Shown here: positions 49,801-62,262 of the stretch, in pieces
Numbering within the stretch: the first letter of the stretch is position 1
Layout of the letters: each line of letters starts with the position of its first letter
NCBI RefSeq assembly: GCF_964355755.1
Contig: NC_092673.1
Span: forward strand, 27,649,648 to 27,713,647
Direction: 5' to 3'
DNA: 64,000 nucleotides
Origin: Antedon mediterranea
Taxonomy: Eukaryota; Animalia; Echinodermata
The notes under the pieces: model-generated
What the model saw: only the letters and a program-made list of their open reading frames with translations
Told to the model about the DNA's origin: nothing
The model's database searches: none
Made by a program: the position numbers and the translations under genes

Positions 49801-52108
49801 ATTAATCTTTTTTTGCAATATCAAATGCATCCTAAAAAAGATTCTAAACCATCATATAAAGTTCTGTCTACACTATCAAACTAGTTTGATCATGAAAAAG
49901 AGTGATGTGCCCAAATATGGTAGTGATATGATACCATCATGTCCTTGTATATCACATTTTTTTGTCACACCAAGTTTGATAGTGTAGACAGAGCTTAAAC
50001 CATCTTTTAAAACTCTTCTCTTTGTTACTCCCTTTCTTAATTCAACAACCCTCATCGTTCAACAGAATACATCAACGCCCAGCTAACTATTTGATTGGTT
50101 CTCTACTTTAGGTGTGAAAATGTCTGCTGACGGCCAACCGGATTATAGCGGTGCCTGGGAGGAATACTACCGGCAATTACGACAACAACAAGGTGGCGCC
50201 GGTAGGTGGCGTTTTTCACATCCGACAGCTATCTGCAGCAATGTTGAATTTTCTTTACTCTTCTTTCTTCTAACTTACTTTTTCTTGCCTCCCTTTCTAC
50301 ACCTTAGCTTTTGTATGAAATTGTGCTTTTAAGCTTGCCAGGCATTTCACAGTTTTAGAATATCTATTTAGCAATTACAGTCACTTTATTTTATACAATT
50401 GTTGTCACAGATGATGCTCAGATTATTAATTATGACTGCCAACATTTAAAAAATTTTTGGATGCTAAATTTAAACACCATCTTTAGCCCGTTTTGTTCTG
50501 GTAGGTGTTTCGCATAAAGTAGAAACTATTTGCACTCCTGCAAAAGCAATAACAAAATTTTAAGAAACTAGAATTCATCGCAAAAAGAGATATAGATATA
50601 ATTCTGATGCCGACACTTTTTATTTGTGCTTTTCGCCTAGTGTAAAACAGGCTTTAGGAGTGGGGAATGGGGGTGTCCCCAGGGGGTTCAGCATTGGAAG
50701 AGTTAACTATAATTAAAAATTATGAACAAATGGGTGATGTTACTGTATACAGTCTATCGTTGTATCTGGTTGCATGTTTGTGTGATGTGGGAATGCACAA
50801 GCACTGTGAGCTCACAACAATTTCAGTTTTTGATAAAACACATAATTTTGATATAAACCACAGTTCACTTTAGCACTGCTGCAAGGACCCAAACATATGG
50901 CTATTTTAGCTTTACTGTATAGATGTTTAGAAAAAATTTTACCAAAATATTCATAAAGGATATCCTAGTTGGAACCTTGTATGTACAATGTTTAGGTTGA
51001 CCATGGTCACTCATAGATTATAATGCACAATAGAAATATGCAGAAATGTAGTTCTTGTGTATATTATCATGTGTTGAAACAGTTCACCCGCCATGTAATC
51101 TGTAATTTAATTCTAGTAACCAATACACACAATCCTAATTTTAACATTATTTTACTAGTATGATATATTACTGTTTGTTAATACTGAAACATGCAGTAAT
51201 AATGCATATCACTACCCTATTTGGGCACAGGAAGTTAAAACAGTTAAATTATTATGTCCCTCTAGCTGCAGCAGCACCAACCAGCCAACCACAACAAGCA
51301 CAACAACCAGCTCCAACGAGCCAGCCTCAGCCTGCCGCTCCCACATCACAAGGGTCAGCAGCAGCCGGCGGCTCTGGTTCACAGGACTACAGCGCTGAAT
51401 GGGCAGAGTACTGGAGACAGCAAGGCTATTATTATCCACAGACACAGGGAGGACAGGCACAACCACAGCCAACGCAACAACAGGTATTTTGAAGAATGTT
51501 ATGTTAGTTTATTGTGCATATGTTGGAATATTGGGACGTGTGTCCTCGCTCCTTGTCTTGACACAGTTTTGATGGTTTCTAGGTCCAGGAGACGATCGAT
51601 TCACCACCTGACCTAAGTCAGTCGTTCTTATCAAAAACTAGTCTTTTTCTTTGGTCAGCACAAAATGGAACTGATCTTTCTTTTGGGATTTTTCAATAGA
51701 CTGAAAATCATTATAAAAAAATTTGTAATACTTGTTAAGGAAATGGCAATATGTACATAACATAACAGGTGCAGTTTGGTGGCAGAACCCGACATAGAGG
51801 GACCCTTAAGCATAAGCGAGTTGACCAATGACAAGCAACAGTTTAAATAATCAATCGCCAGTGATTGGTCAAATCACTTGTGTTGCGTTATGTCTTTACG
51901 TTGCGTTATGTCTATGTTGCATTACGTTTTTACGTTGCCTCTAGTCGGAACCAAGCAAGCATTAGGGGAGAAGAAAGTGATTGAATGTGCCGTCCACATC
52001 TACTGCAACTTGTTATTTAGTAGATAACGAATTCAAGTTGTGGATTTTAATTGCTTTAATACATCAATTCTGAACCAAACCTTTTTTGTTTTTCAGCCTC
52101 AGTACTAG
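37831..52108 (+). CDS. FUBP: Far upstream element-binding protein (FUBP1/KHSRP/FUBP3 pro-ortholog, Psi-like)
   Basis: 20 exons: 37831-37914, 40072-40219, 40305-40347, 40799-40854, 41403-41474, 41890-41947, 42286-42430, 42884-42982, 43629-43676, 43963-44028, 44351-44453, 45833-45930, 46634-46889, 47349-47509, 48265-48332, 48462-48570, 49282-49423, 50112-50201, 51266-51483, 52097-52108. N-box [17 protein letters not shown]; four KH domains (IGRGG, IGKGG, IGRQG, IGKGG); RGG linker; Tyr-rich motifs [31 protein letters not shown]. The last micro-exon (PQY*) is less certain. Confidence 0.93.
38306..39797. mobile_element. Kolobok-like non-autonomous element (TTAA TSD) in FUBP intron 1
   Basis: TTAA-AGCCCCATTCCCT...AGGGAAGGGGTCT-TTAA, interrupted by the element at 38649-39526. 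Confidence 0.65.
38649..39526. mobile_element. TA-flanked non-autonomous DNA transposon (Tc1/mariner-pogo-like), nested
   Basis: Perfect 24-bp TIR GGGTAGATGTACCAGACCTCGGCA / TGCCGAGGTCTGGTACATCTACCC, TA TSD, and internal repeats of ACCTCGGCA/TGCCGAGGT. Confidence 0.8.
41253..41357. repeat. 35-bp minisatellite x3
   Basis: AAGACTATATACACTTTAAGTAGGAATAGTRTTKT repeated three times. Confidence 0.8.
42466..42645 (+). mobile_element. tRNA-derived SINE remnant with Deu/Nin-like core
   Basis: Degenerate B-box GGTTCAACGC, then GTCTTCTCGGATAAGGACTATAAACCGTAGGTCC...AAAGAACC...GAGTACGGGGTGACCCCGGTGT, resembling the conserved DeuSINE/Nin core (recalled consensus). Confidence 0.55.
43709..43859. mobile_element. 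MITE family A copy
   Basis: Left TIR intact, right TIR partly deleted, TAA flanks. More copies in FUBP introns at ~47543-47653, ~48007-48126 and ~49860-49995. Confidence 0.75.
45007..45077 (-). pseudogene. Degenerate tRNA-Val(AAC)
   Basis: The minus strand reads GGTTTCATAGTGTAGTGGTTGTCAAGTCTGCTT-AAC-ACGCATAAGGTCCCGGTTCAAGCCCTGGCGAAACC, followed by a T-run. A-box, B-box and AAC anticodon are recognisable, but the D, anticodon and T stems contain mismatches. Confidence 0.75.
45292..45363 (-). pseudogene. Degenerate tRNA-Val(AAC), second copy
   Basis: The minus strand reads GGCTTCTTGGCGTAGTGATTATCACGTTTGCTT-AAC-ACGCAGAAGGTACCTGGTTCGAGCCCGGGCGAAACC, followed by a T-run terminator. Anticodon and T arms pair, but the acceptor stem has two mismatches and the D-loop GG is mutated. 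Confidence 0.75.
47073..47214 (+). ncRNA. SNORA62: Box H/ACA snoRNA, SNORA62/E2-like, copy 1 (FUBP intron 13)
   Basis: Hairpin (GCAC...GTGC), H box ACAGAA, hairpin (GGCTAGG...CCTAGCC), then ACA at 47209-47211. Pocket strands TTTCGCTA and TAGTAGG pair with 28S rRNA CCUACUA-U-C-UAGCGAAA, 14 nt from the ACA box. The 3' hairpin resembles recalled human E2 (GTTTTCGCTAACAC...GCCCAAT...GTTTGATAGTA). Confidence 0.85.
47756..47897 (+). ncRNA. SNORA62: Box H/ACA snoRNA, SNORA62/E2-like, copy 2 (FUBP intron 14)
   Basis: Identical to copy 1 from TTGCACC through CCTAGCCACA. Identity ends at the ACA box (47892-47894). Confidence 0.85.
48600..48768. repeat. Degenerate minisatellite, ~4 units
   Basis: Recurrent GACCACAGCAACACTTGGTYATTT...TACCT unit. 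Confidence 0.6.
49012..49153 (+). ncRNA. SNORA62: Box H/ACA snoRNA, SNORA62/E2-like, copy 3 (FUBP intron 16)
   Basis: Identical to copies 1 and 2 over ~139 nt, with ACA at 49148-49150 and unrelated flanks. Confidence 0.85.
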
Positions 52109-52729
52109 AAGCAAGATAAACAATTTTCACTAGCAACTAAAACAGGTGAACTTATGATTTCAAACTAATATTCATATGGCTCTTTTATTTAATTTGCCAA
52201 ATTTTATGCAAACATTTTTTTAAACTTTCTAACAATTTTTGCAATGCTTTAATACTGTAGACTAATAGTAATTGTCATTTGTGCAATAAGTTTTTAATAA
52301 TTCTTGAAATCCCTTTTCTTCATCGCCCGTCCTGCCATTTTTCATCCCCACTTTTTGTACGCTTGTGTGTTGATTGGTTGATGATGTTGAGGTGAAATTG
52401 ACTTGTATTGTTATAAGAACATTTTATTCTTATTTCTGCATCAATTCCGATTCTCCTAACCTCCCCCAGCCATTATATCCGATCTGGATACAAGAGGGGT
52501 CGTATATTACCTCTTATTGGTGTGATTGTTGATGCGTATCATGATATTGAAATATACTTTTCCAGTTCAATCATTGTTTTCATTCTCTTGCCTCAAAACA
52601 TCTATTAATTGTTTTATGTATACATGGATGTTATTGATTATTATTGTTTCTTTGATGTTAAATAGGCATAATTTGGTTTTGTCTGATTTTAGGTTTGTTT
52701 TGAGATAGTTAGGTTGGTTATTGATCTGA

Positions 52730-53045
52730 AATTGGAACTATTTTAATTGCATAACTTTATAAATGATTTGATTATTTTATGAACTAAAGAATGATTTATT
52801 GATGAATTTGATCATGTCAATCTAATTAAACAATTCATGAAGTATGTTTTTTTATATTTTTTTTACCATACATGTTTTTATTTTTAATACAATTGGAACT
52901 ATTTCAATTGCATAACTATAAATAACTTGATAATTATTTTATGAAATAATGAATGAATTATTAATGAATGATTATTTCAATCTAATCAAACAATTCATGA
53001 AGTATGTTTTTTGATATTTTTTTACCATATATGTTTATATTTTTA
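52730..53045. repeat. ~160-bp tandem duplication in probable FUBP 3' UTR
   Basis: AATTGGAACTATTT.AATTGCATAACT...CAATCTAAT.AAACAATTCATGAAGTATGTTTTT...TTTACCATA occurs at ~52730 and ~52891. Confidence 0.8.
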
Positions 53046-56000
53046 TCCAAATGTTAAAAAATGTACTTATAATTTTTGGATTTTCAATGCATAAGCCCAA
53101 TAGGTTCTTGCATACCAAAAGATTAGAGGTAAAAAACCCATAATGTAAATATAGCACGCGATATCACTGGTTAGCTCTCAAACGAAACTCCTTATCAAGC
53201 CCTTTACAGCGGTAAGTTTTGCTGGAAGGATAACATTTTTTGGTTTGTTTGGAATACCAAAACACCCCCCATGGGCCTTGTAGCACCCTGTCTGTTTACC
53301 CTTACATTCACAAGTACATTTTACCCACAATAGCTGTTTACATTATTTACATACTATAAATAAACATTCATAAAACTTAATACACCATCAGGGGAATTAT
53401 TAGGAAAGTATTACTTATTATATAATAAGGCTTGTTGTTGCATGTAAGTTGTTGATGCATATCATTTACCAAGAAGACTTCTGCCAGGGCTGGGCTTGTA
53501 CTGTAAGTATACAAATACAAATAGCAATGCTGTCTAAACGATTCATAATTGATATTAATGACAAAGATTTAATGAAATGTTTTTATTAATAACTGACTAA
53601 AAATAATATAATTAAATTAAAATTTAAATATTCTGATTATTGATTTATTATGTCTTCATTATAATATAAAATTTATTTATTTATTTATTAAAATGTATTT
53701 TTGATACCAATGATATATTTTGAAATATTAACAAACCAATCTTTTCACAATTAGCATAATATTGATGATGCTCACATTTTTTTTACAGTACATGTTTTAA
53801 ATACAAAACTATTTCTTTTTTATGCTGTTGTATAAAACATAATTTTAATAAATATTTTGGAACAGTTTTACAATCATTCCAAAGAATTCCATATTTTTTC
53901 TATTGTATATAAAACTTACTATTACAGGGACATTGTTTGATATATAGTGGCCATAACAATTTAATCTTAATAGGCTACAGAAACTTTTTTTGCCATCAGC
54001 TATGCATACTTATCGGTTGGTGTTATGTAATGCAATTTCAATGCCATATTTTCCATATGTTGAATGCCATATCATTTTTTTGTTTATTATGCGATTGATA
54101 AACTATTTGAATAACATGTGTTCCTATTTGAATATTGAAGTATAATTTACATATGACTTTTAACCAATCAGTTTTGTCTTGATTTTTAAAGAATAACATT
54201 ATGTCTGGTTTTTTTCCTAATAATTGTTAGTCTTTGATGATTATTTTTCAATGAATGAATTGTGTATATTATTATTATTTTATTATAGAATTATTCAACG
54301 TCAACGTGCATAGTATTTATAGAACATTCACTCAATTTGCATATTCAGTTAATAAACACATGTGGTGCATTTTTAGAATTTGAAGACATTTGCATAAATG
54401 ATATAATATGATATTTGTTGATATATTTGCTTAGCTTGATCCGTTTTTGTTTTTTACTTTCCAAACAGACTGCTAGAGTTGTATTCGGTGAAGCGTGTAG
54501 ATACATCACCAAATTAAAGTAACAATTCATTTCATCTTGACAATGATTTTAATAATTTAATACCATAACCATACATTGTTCTTTTTATGATGATACTGAA
54601 TATGATATGAAATTATATATTTTTTTATGATGATAAACTATCGTACTACTATACTATTGAATTTTAAATGTGATACATGATTAATATTTTGATAGGAAAT
54701 TTAAATAAACTTCATCAATAACATTGTTTTGTTTTTTTTAAATAAAATAAATGCTTCTATTTTTATTGATCATACCATGATATTTTTAAACAATAATTCA
54801 TGTCTGGTTTTTTTTTTTTGGTTGCTATTATAAAAATGAATTTCGTATCCTTGCAGATAATTTTACAGTTCTCATATTTTAATTGTGCTTTAAAACTCAA
54901 AATGGAATTTTAAATCTGCTGTTAACACTATAAGATTGACATTTTCCTCATTTATTGATTATTGGCTATTGATAACTATTGATTGATTATTGGAAGTATT
55001 TTCTGATTGATCACGTTGATGTAATTTGTGTTTTTACTATTCTCAAATCTCATTCTTTATTATTACTACTTTTTGAATGAATACATTTTGATTTATTCTT
55101 TTTTTTTTATTTATTCCTCCTCCATGAAAGACCATACATTCAATATTGCAGATCTTTCATAAAAATAGTCCTTGTATTATATAATTTATTATCGGTGTTA
55201 AAACATAGGATTTTCTCTTATATACAGTATATCGTTTAAAGCTATCATATTTGACTAAGCTCTATTATAACTAATGTTAGGATATATCTTAGACAGGCTG
55301 ATTTTTGTTTCTGCATTTAAATATAATGAATGAATATATTAATTAGTATCTATTACAGTACAGGGATAGTTTAAATGGTTACATTTCTAGTTTCTTCCAA
55401 ATCATGAATTGTTTTTGTTGATGTTGTTTGTTTATTTTTTGTTTTGAGGATTTTTTAAATGTATATTATTTTTAATAATGTGATTTACATGTGTAAGTTT
55501 GTACATTTTACAAATACTAATAACTATGCATTTTATTTCACTTTTTATTAATTATTCATTGCTTGAAATGAAAATGGGTATGAAGTTGAAAAATGGTGAT
55601 GGGTTACCTAAGCATTTCAGTTTACATGTGATGGGTGCACATTTGCACAGGGGTGATTGACCTTAAATAGCGAGAATAGACGATGTCATTGCATGGTGGC
55701 GGAGTGGTTTTGCATGGTGATTTAGTGTTAAATGGTCAAGATTAAATTTGGCGTAGTGAGGATTGAATTTGGCGTAGTGAGGATTGAATTTACAGGGACA
55801 TAGTGAGAATGAAGTCACACTTCCTGATATAGTATGCTTGTGTGAGTTTAATTGTTAATGAAGTTTGTTTTGTTTTTGCACCATGTTGATGAGTGACAGT
55901 GATGATGAAGTTGTTAATATTGTTTAAAACACTTGAATTCCATGATGTTGCAACATGTATATTTTTATATATTTCCAGGCTACAATGTTGGAGTTGATCA

Positions 56001-59000
56001 CACATTATGTATTGATAAATTTGATTGATTGGAATCGATCTATTGATTGATTCATTATCGACGAGTATCATTGACCTTTTGACGTCCGATGATGACCATT
56101 ACCTTCAGATGTTGATTTAAATACTTGCAAGTCCGGTCAAATTAGAATTTAAATATTTAGGAAGTGTTTTTATAGTGTAAACTTCATGTAAATATTTAAC
56201 GAAGGTAAGAAACGGTTACAAATGTTTTACTGTAGTTAAGATTATTGGGTCAATTTAAGTTGTATTGTATACGCCTGTCAATTTTTTTACATTTTTTTTT
56301 CTGTAAATTATCGTTAATATGCTTAAGATGTGCTGTCTTCCTTGAGTAGGTGTCCGATGACCTCCGAGATTGGCAGGATGACCTCATCGTTGTCGTAAGT
56401 AACTAGTACAAATTTGAATCATTCAGTAAATGATTCCCTAATCAAATAATGTGCTTAATGTTCACATTCATTATGTATAAAATATAGCTTGTTAATTATA
56501 TTATTTACCATTGACTTACATTAGAGATGTTAATTGATAATAATACTTGTCTTGGTTGAAATGTAAAATTTTATTTAAGTGAGGAATAAGCATTTAGGTA
56601 AGTATGTGTTACGACAACAGAGCCTACAATTTTGTTTCATGTTATTTTTAATTCCTGCAGTTAAACTATGTAGAATTTGGTGAAATACTAAATTAGTTAC
56701 AGCACTGTATTTCCAATATAAATTTGCTAACTCACTTAATTCTTATCTTTTAGTTGTTTAACAACAAATTTACTATGGTTTTAGAATGATATCTAGTAAC
56801 ATGCACTACTAAATAGTTTGTGAAGCGAGTTCAGGAATTCTACATAATTAGAAATATTGGCAGAATGTTCATTGTGTTTTTACTTCAGCTAATGTATAAC
56901 TAAACAACATGTTATTGTTGACTTGTTTTTGTGTTTGTGATTGTTGTGTGTGTGTGTGTTTAGGATCAGGCACTCGCATTGAGGTGTAGGCCCAAGTTCT
57001 AGAGAAGTCTATGATCAGGTGTGTAGCAGGAGCTGGTACCCACCTCCGTACCATGGATGGTTAATGCAAGCAAGAAGCCTAGTAGGCCTAGCATTTGGTG
57101 CATATTGTTAACAAATTAATTGTATTATTCACTTTCATGCTTGTAATTGATTTATTGTATGTTTATAATAAAATGTTTCATTCGATATTTAAAGTTTATC
57201 ATTTTGTATATTGATAATGGTCTACTACACTGTACAACACTAACATGGAGCAAATATGAAAGCACCAGCTTAAAAGTGTTATTTATTTTATTTAGAAACT
57301 GTTCAAATTTTATTTTTGTACAGCTTACTATGTCGGTCTGTCTGTCGGTAAACACTAATTTGAGCATGCGACTGCAGTCATGTATATGGCCTTGTTTTTT
57401 AATAGACTTCATCACCGCAAACGATACAAATAAAAAAACCAAAGCACAAAGGCTGTGAATGAAAAGAAATGAACAGTTGGCAAGCACCTCTTTCTACATC
57501 CCCCTCCCCAGACTAAATAAAATTCCATGAAAACAAACATTTACGATATAAAGATAGCTGAAATTGTACTTTTCGTATAATAAAAAAAATACAGTATTTT
57601 GTTTAAATCTACTTATAAAGTTCACTTTTACAGCTAACAAATTAAAATTATATATACTGTATTTACAGAAAAAATATTTAAGAAAAAAAAACGTTTAAAA
57701 ATTAAACCCAGACAATGGACTGACTGATTACTGTTCTTAAATAAATAATGTTGGAAAAAGTGAATTGCTGTAATACATGGCCAATTATATTCAGTAACAT
57801 CTCTCCTCGAAATGCAAACCTCGTCACGTATTTTGGATTCGTATAGCGCCCGCTAAAAATTCTTCGTATTTTGGACCGATGTTCACCAACCCGACTTCGA
57901 CTTCGCTGGTCCATGGCCACCACGTGAATTAAAAGTTCAGGATTATCTTCGCGCCAAATTCCGACGATCTAATGTAAAAATACGACATCCGGAAATATAA
58001 AAAGTGAGTTTATAGGCTAAGTTTACAGTTATATTTATTTATAATTACTAATTATTAAGGTATTTTTTCAAAGAAGTGAATGTTCTTGCTTGCTGTAGGC
58101 CTAGCCTACCTAGAGAGGCTATATTAATATTATGGGGACACTGGCCTCCTACGTTAGGCCGCCATGGACAAAACACCTATGGTGTTCGCCTCCTAGATTA
58201 TTCGGTCACTCGGCCTACTAAAAAACTTCTAGGGAGGGCCTACTAACAGTCACTGGGTAGAGGCATAAAACACTGAAAAGCAAGATTCTCCCCGACCTGC
58301 TCTTCACTGGTTTCACGTAGATTTCACCTTTCTACGAGCGATTAGTGAGCGATGGGCTAGGCCTCGTAGGCCTAAACAGAAGTCGCTTCACCAAAATTGC
58401 GATCATCATAGTAAAAGCATCAACGAAAATCGGAAAAGGATGCCTTTGATACGATTTTTGTAAAATTTCAATTTGTTCTCGAGTGGTTTTATGTTTTTTT
58501 TCGCAATTGAAACTATCAATTTGATAAATGGCGATCAAGTTCATTTGATGGTTTAAAATAATGTGGCATTATGAGTGAAAAAACGCAAAAAGTACAGAGG
58601 ACTACAGTAGTTTAGTGAATCGTGAATGTTTCAAACCACGCGGACGCATAGGTCTATGATTTATCTGCTCATGTAGACGTTGAGGCCTACGATGGTGACA
58701 GATTTGGCAGCAATATATTGCTTATATAGCAGATTAGTTTATTATTATTTATTCAGGCAAAAGATACATTTTACAAAATATAATACACGACACAAGACAA
58801 TTCTATACGTTGTTCAACTTCCGCCATATTTCAATGACAATCCTCTTTCTTCGTTAACATCCGCCAAGCCTAAATTAAGCAGCACACCGTAAGGCAAACA
58901 TAGTGTGCTAATGTCATTTCTGGGGAAAAAAATTTCTAGTCTTTAACAAACGGCTTCTTTCATTTCTGTCATTTTTTCAAACATCGAACCAGACCGTAAA

Positions 59001-62000
59001 ATCAAGCCTATGTACGTCTACATTACCCGTTGTCATCATTATTGTTTATTTCTTGTTCAAACGAGAGAAATAATCGCGGATTCGCTCAAATGTGACGCGT
59101 CATTTGACTGCTGATCCTACTGTACTTTGGAAAAATAGTGCAATCTCCAAAATAGTGTCTCCTGTTACGTCGTGTTAGAATACTGTAGTCCAAACAACGA
59201 ACTTTTCGCTAATTATCCCTACTCGTACAATGAGTCCATCCATAATATCTCTATCCATATCCTGTCATATCTCTGGTCCAGCAGGCAATGAATACACCCA
59301 AATTATCTTGGTCTTTTCAACAGTGAAGTTCGACAAACCGGACGGAAATTTCAACAACATTGTGTTTTCGATTGGTTATTTCTTCCGACGACAATGTTCT
59401 AAATGCTGTTATAAATCGATCGGCGTTTGACATTTCAGACACCAATCATATCATTACACTATTAGCTAGATTGTCTATCCAGTACACAAATGTATTATAA
59501 TAGTTCGTCAACCTGTGTATAATTTTATTGCTTAGTGGCGGGTTTCTCGATGTTAAATGCGAGTGAAAATAAATACATTACTGGTATAATATCAATAGTG
59601 TCAAATTAGCATGACAATACATGTTAAGTATTGTGGAACATAATATGTCCCAATGAGGTAAAAGAAACTTCTGGTTGTCAAAATTTGAGAAAACATTGTT
59701 ATGCAACATACAGTTCTTAAAGTAGTTTTAATGTGACGTGGAAATTAACATTTCTCAGATAGACATGCCACTATTTACAGTCACCATTGATGACTATATC
59801 ATAACGTAAATAATAATAAATAAATAATTAAATAATTATTGTTATGTGTTATATATTGTCTCGATAGTCGGTGAGCATTTTATCAAAATACAAAGCAAGT
59901 CATACTAAAGGAAAGTTGAAGCAAATTGACTTGTTTAAAAATTACTCTTTGCTGTTCAATATGGATACCAATCGATTTATATTGTTATATTGACTCAAAT
60001 ATGACTCACTTGTGTTTGAAATGAAATACCATTGGTGCAAGGCCCTTTGTCAACATAAATGCTTGGAATGTTATGATGTAATGGTATTACGTTTTTATAG
60101 AAAAGCCATAAACTTCCTTATCGAGCAGTAACGAAATAGAGGCCTTGTATTGATTTGTTATTGTTATTGCATGCTCGCAGGGTATTTGAATATTGTATGG
60201 ATGGCTATTATGGTTCCCCGGGTATTTCCAATGAGTGTGACGGATGAACAATTTAAAACACGTGACACAATATGGTTCTTTTGAAAAATATTGTGATTGA
60301 AAGCTTTCAGAACAAATATGGTAAATTAAAATAAAAACTTTTTACCATGTCAATTTTCTATGTTTTACTACTATCAATTGGCTGGAATAATAAAGGAGGT
60401 AGCACTTGTGATAGGCCTCTTACCATAAAAGAGTGATTAGTGATGTGTCGTTTTGCAAGACAATTAATAAATTAGATTTTTTTTTAAAGTGAGGTTTTTT
60501 TTATGATGCCAACATTTTATTGTTACCGTTATTGTTTTTGTATTTTTTTTCTTCTATTATAGTAATTTTTGAAAATTATAAATGTGTGTCGTGTATTTTT
60601 TAATATTTTAACAATTCAAAATGATTAATATAACATAATTAATTAATTATTGTATGTGACGGATGAACAATTTAAAGCACGTGACACAGTTGAATCTTGA
60701 AACATGTTTGATTGAAAGCATTTATACAAACTTTATAACATTTTATTATGTCAATTATTCTATGTTTTTACTGAGTATACTATCAATAGAAATTAATTTC
60801 GTCCGCATTAATAGAGAATGTCAACACAGACCTACATTACTTCGTTTGTACCGAATGTTTGGAACTTTACTTTGAGAAGTACATAATTGTTAATGTTTTT
60901 AATACTGAGAGTCATTTTTCGCGTTTCTCTTCGAGGAGGACTACAACTACAGAGGAAGACTTCGGTTGCAGAATCTTTAAATTGTACCTGGAATTATTTT
61001 CGACGTTTTTGGTAACCTTTTCAGTATTTTAAAATATAATAATGGTAATGTTTTTAGAATTAAAACCATTACTTGCAACTTTTTTATATAATATAGGCCT
61101 AGTCTTCGTAGGCATACAGTACATAATTAGAAATCCAATTATTTATTTACACAATATGTAGGCTAGGCTCTATACATACATCTAGGCCTATAATCATTAC
61201 ATTGCAGCTTGCGTAGGCATAATATTAGCTTTTAAAATGATTAGTTATAATGCTTTCTTTAGTTAGTAAAGTAATATGACCATATTTTGCAGTATTTTGG
61301 GGAATGTTCGATTCACATGAAGGATTTGATTTATTTCCGTAATTACTACGGAAATTCTGCCCAATATTACGGACGTAGGGAAATGAAGATAAATATATGG
61401 AACTACGGAAATACTTCAATGATGGGGAATCCCCGGCAAAATGCAATAATTCAATTTATTACTTCGAAAACTGTTTTTTTCGTGCAGCAATTCGCCAAGC
61501 GGCCAACTGGAAAAAAAGCTTATTTTATGCTTATAAACTGCATATCAAAAACCGTGATAAATTTAAATGTGGCGTCTCGTCCCGGACCGAATCGTCTCAG
61601 GGCCGAATCGTCCCGCTACCAACAGCACTAGTCTAGGCCTAGAAGATAGTCTTAAAACAATTATACTAGCCTAGGAGGTAGGCCTAGCCTTGAAGAGAAA
61701 GCACATTATTAATTATTTTATTAATTATTATTAATAATAATAATAATAATTATTATTATTTATTATTACTCAAGGACGGTCTAAGGACCTAGCCTAGAGA
61801 GAGTTAGGGCTAGGCTAGTAGTAGTAGGCCTCACTCAGCAGCTAGCAGTTATACTATATAGGCCTAATATAATAGGCCTAGCGCTAGGAGTCGAGTAGGC
61901 TTTAGTTTATAATACAAAAATCCCCTATTATATTATGGACAACACAATGGATGGCGCACTACTCCAATAAAATCCCTTATTGTGGACAAAAAAATCCCCT

Positions 62001-62262
62001 ATTTTGGACAGTCAATTATAAACCAGTAGTAGGCCTATTAATTATAGCGTTTGAGCGAAACTGTCCGTTATTATAAATTATGCAAATTAGGTGACCCAAG
62101 GGTCATTTCGCTTGGCACCCCCATCAAAAATGTAATTAGTATAGGGTAGGCAACCTGCATACAAAATTTGGTGCTTTTGGAAAAAAAGTGAACAGACTCC
62201 ACTAGATAGGCTATATTGTGGACAGATTTCACCAACACTAGATAGGCTATATTGTGGACAGA

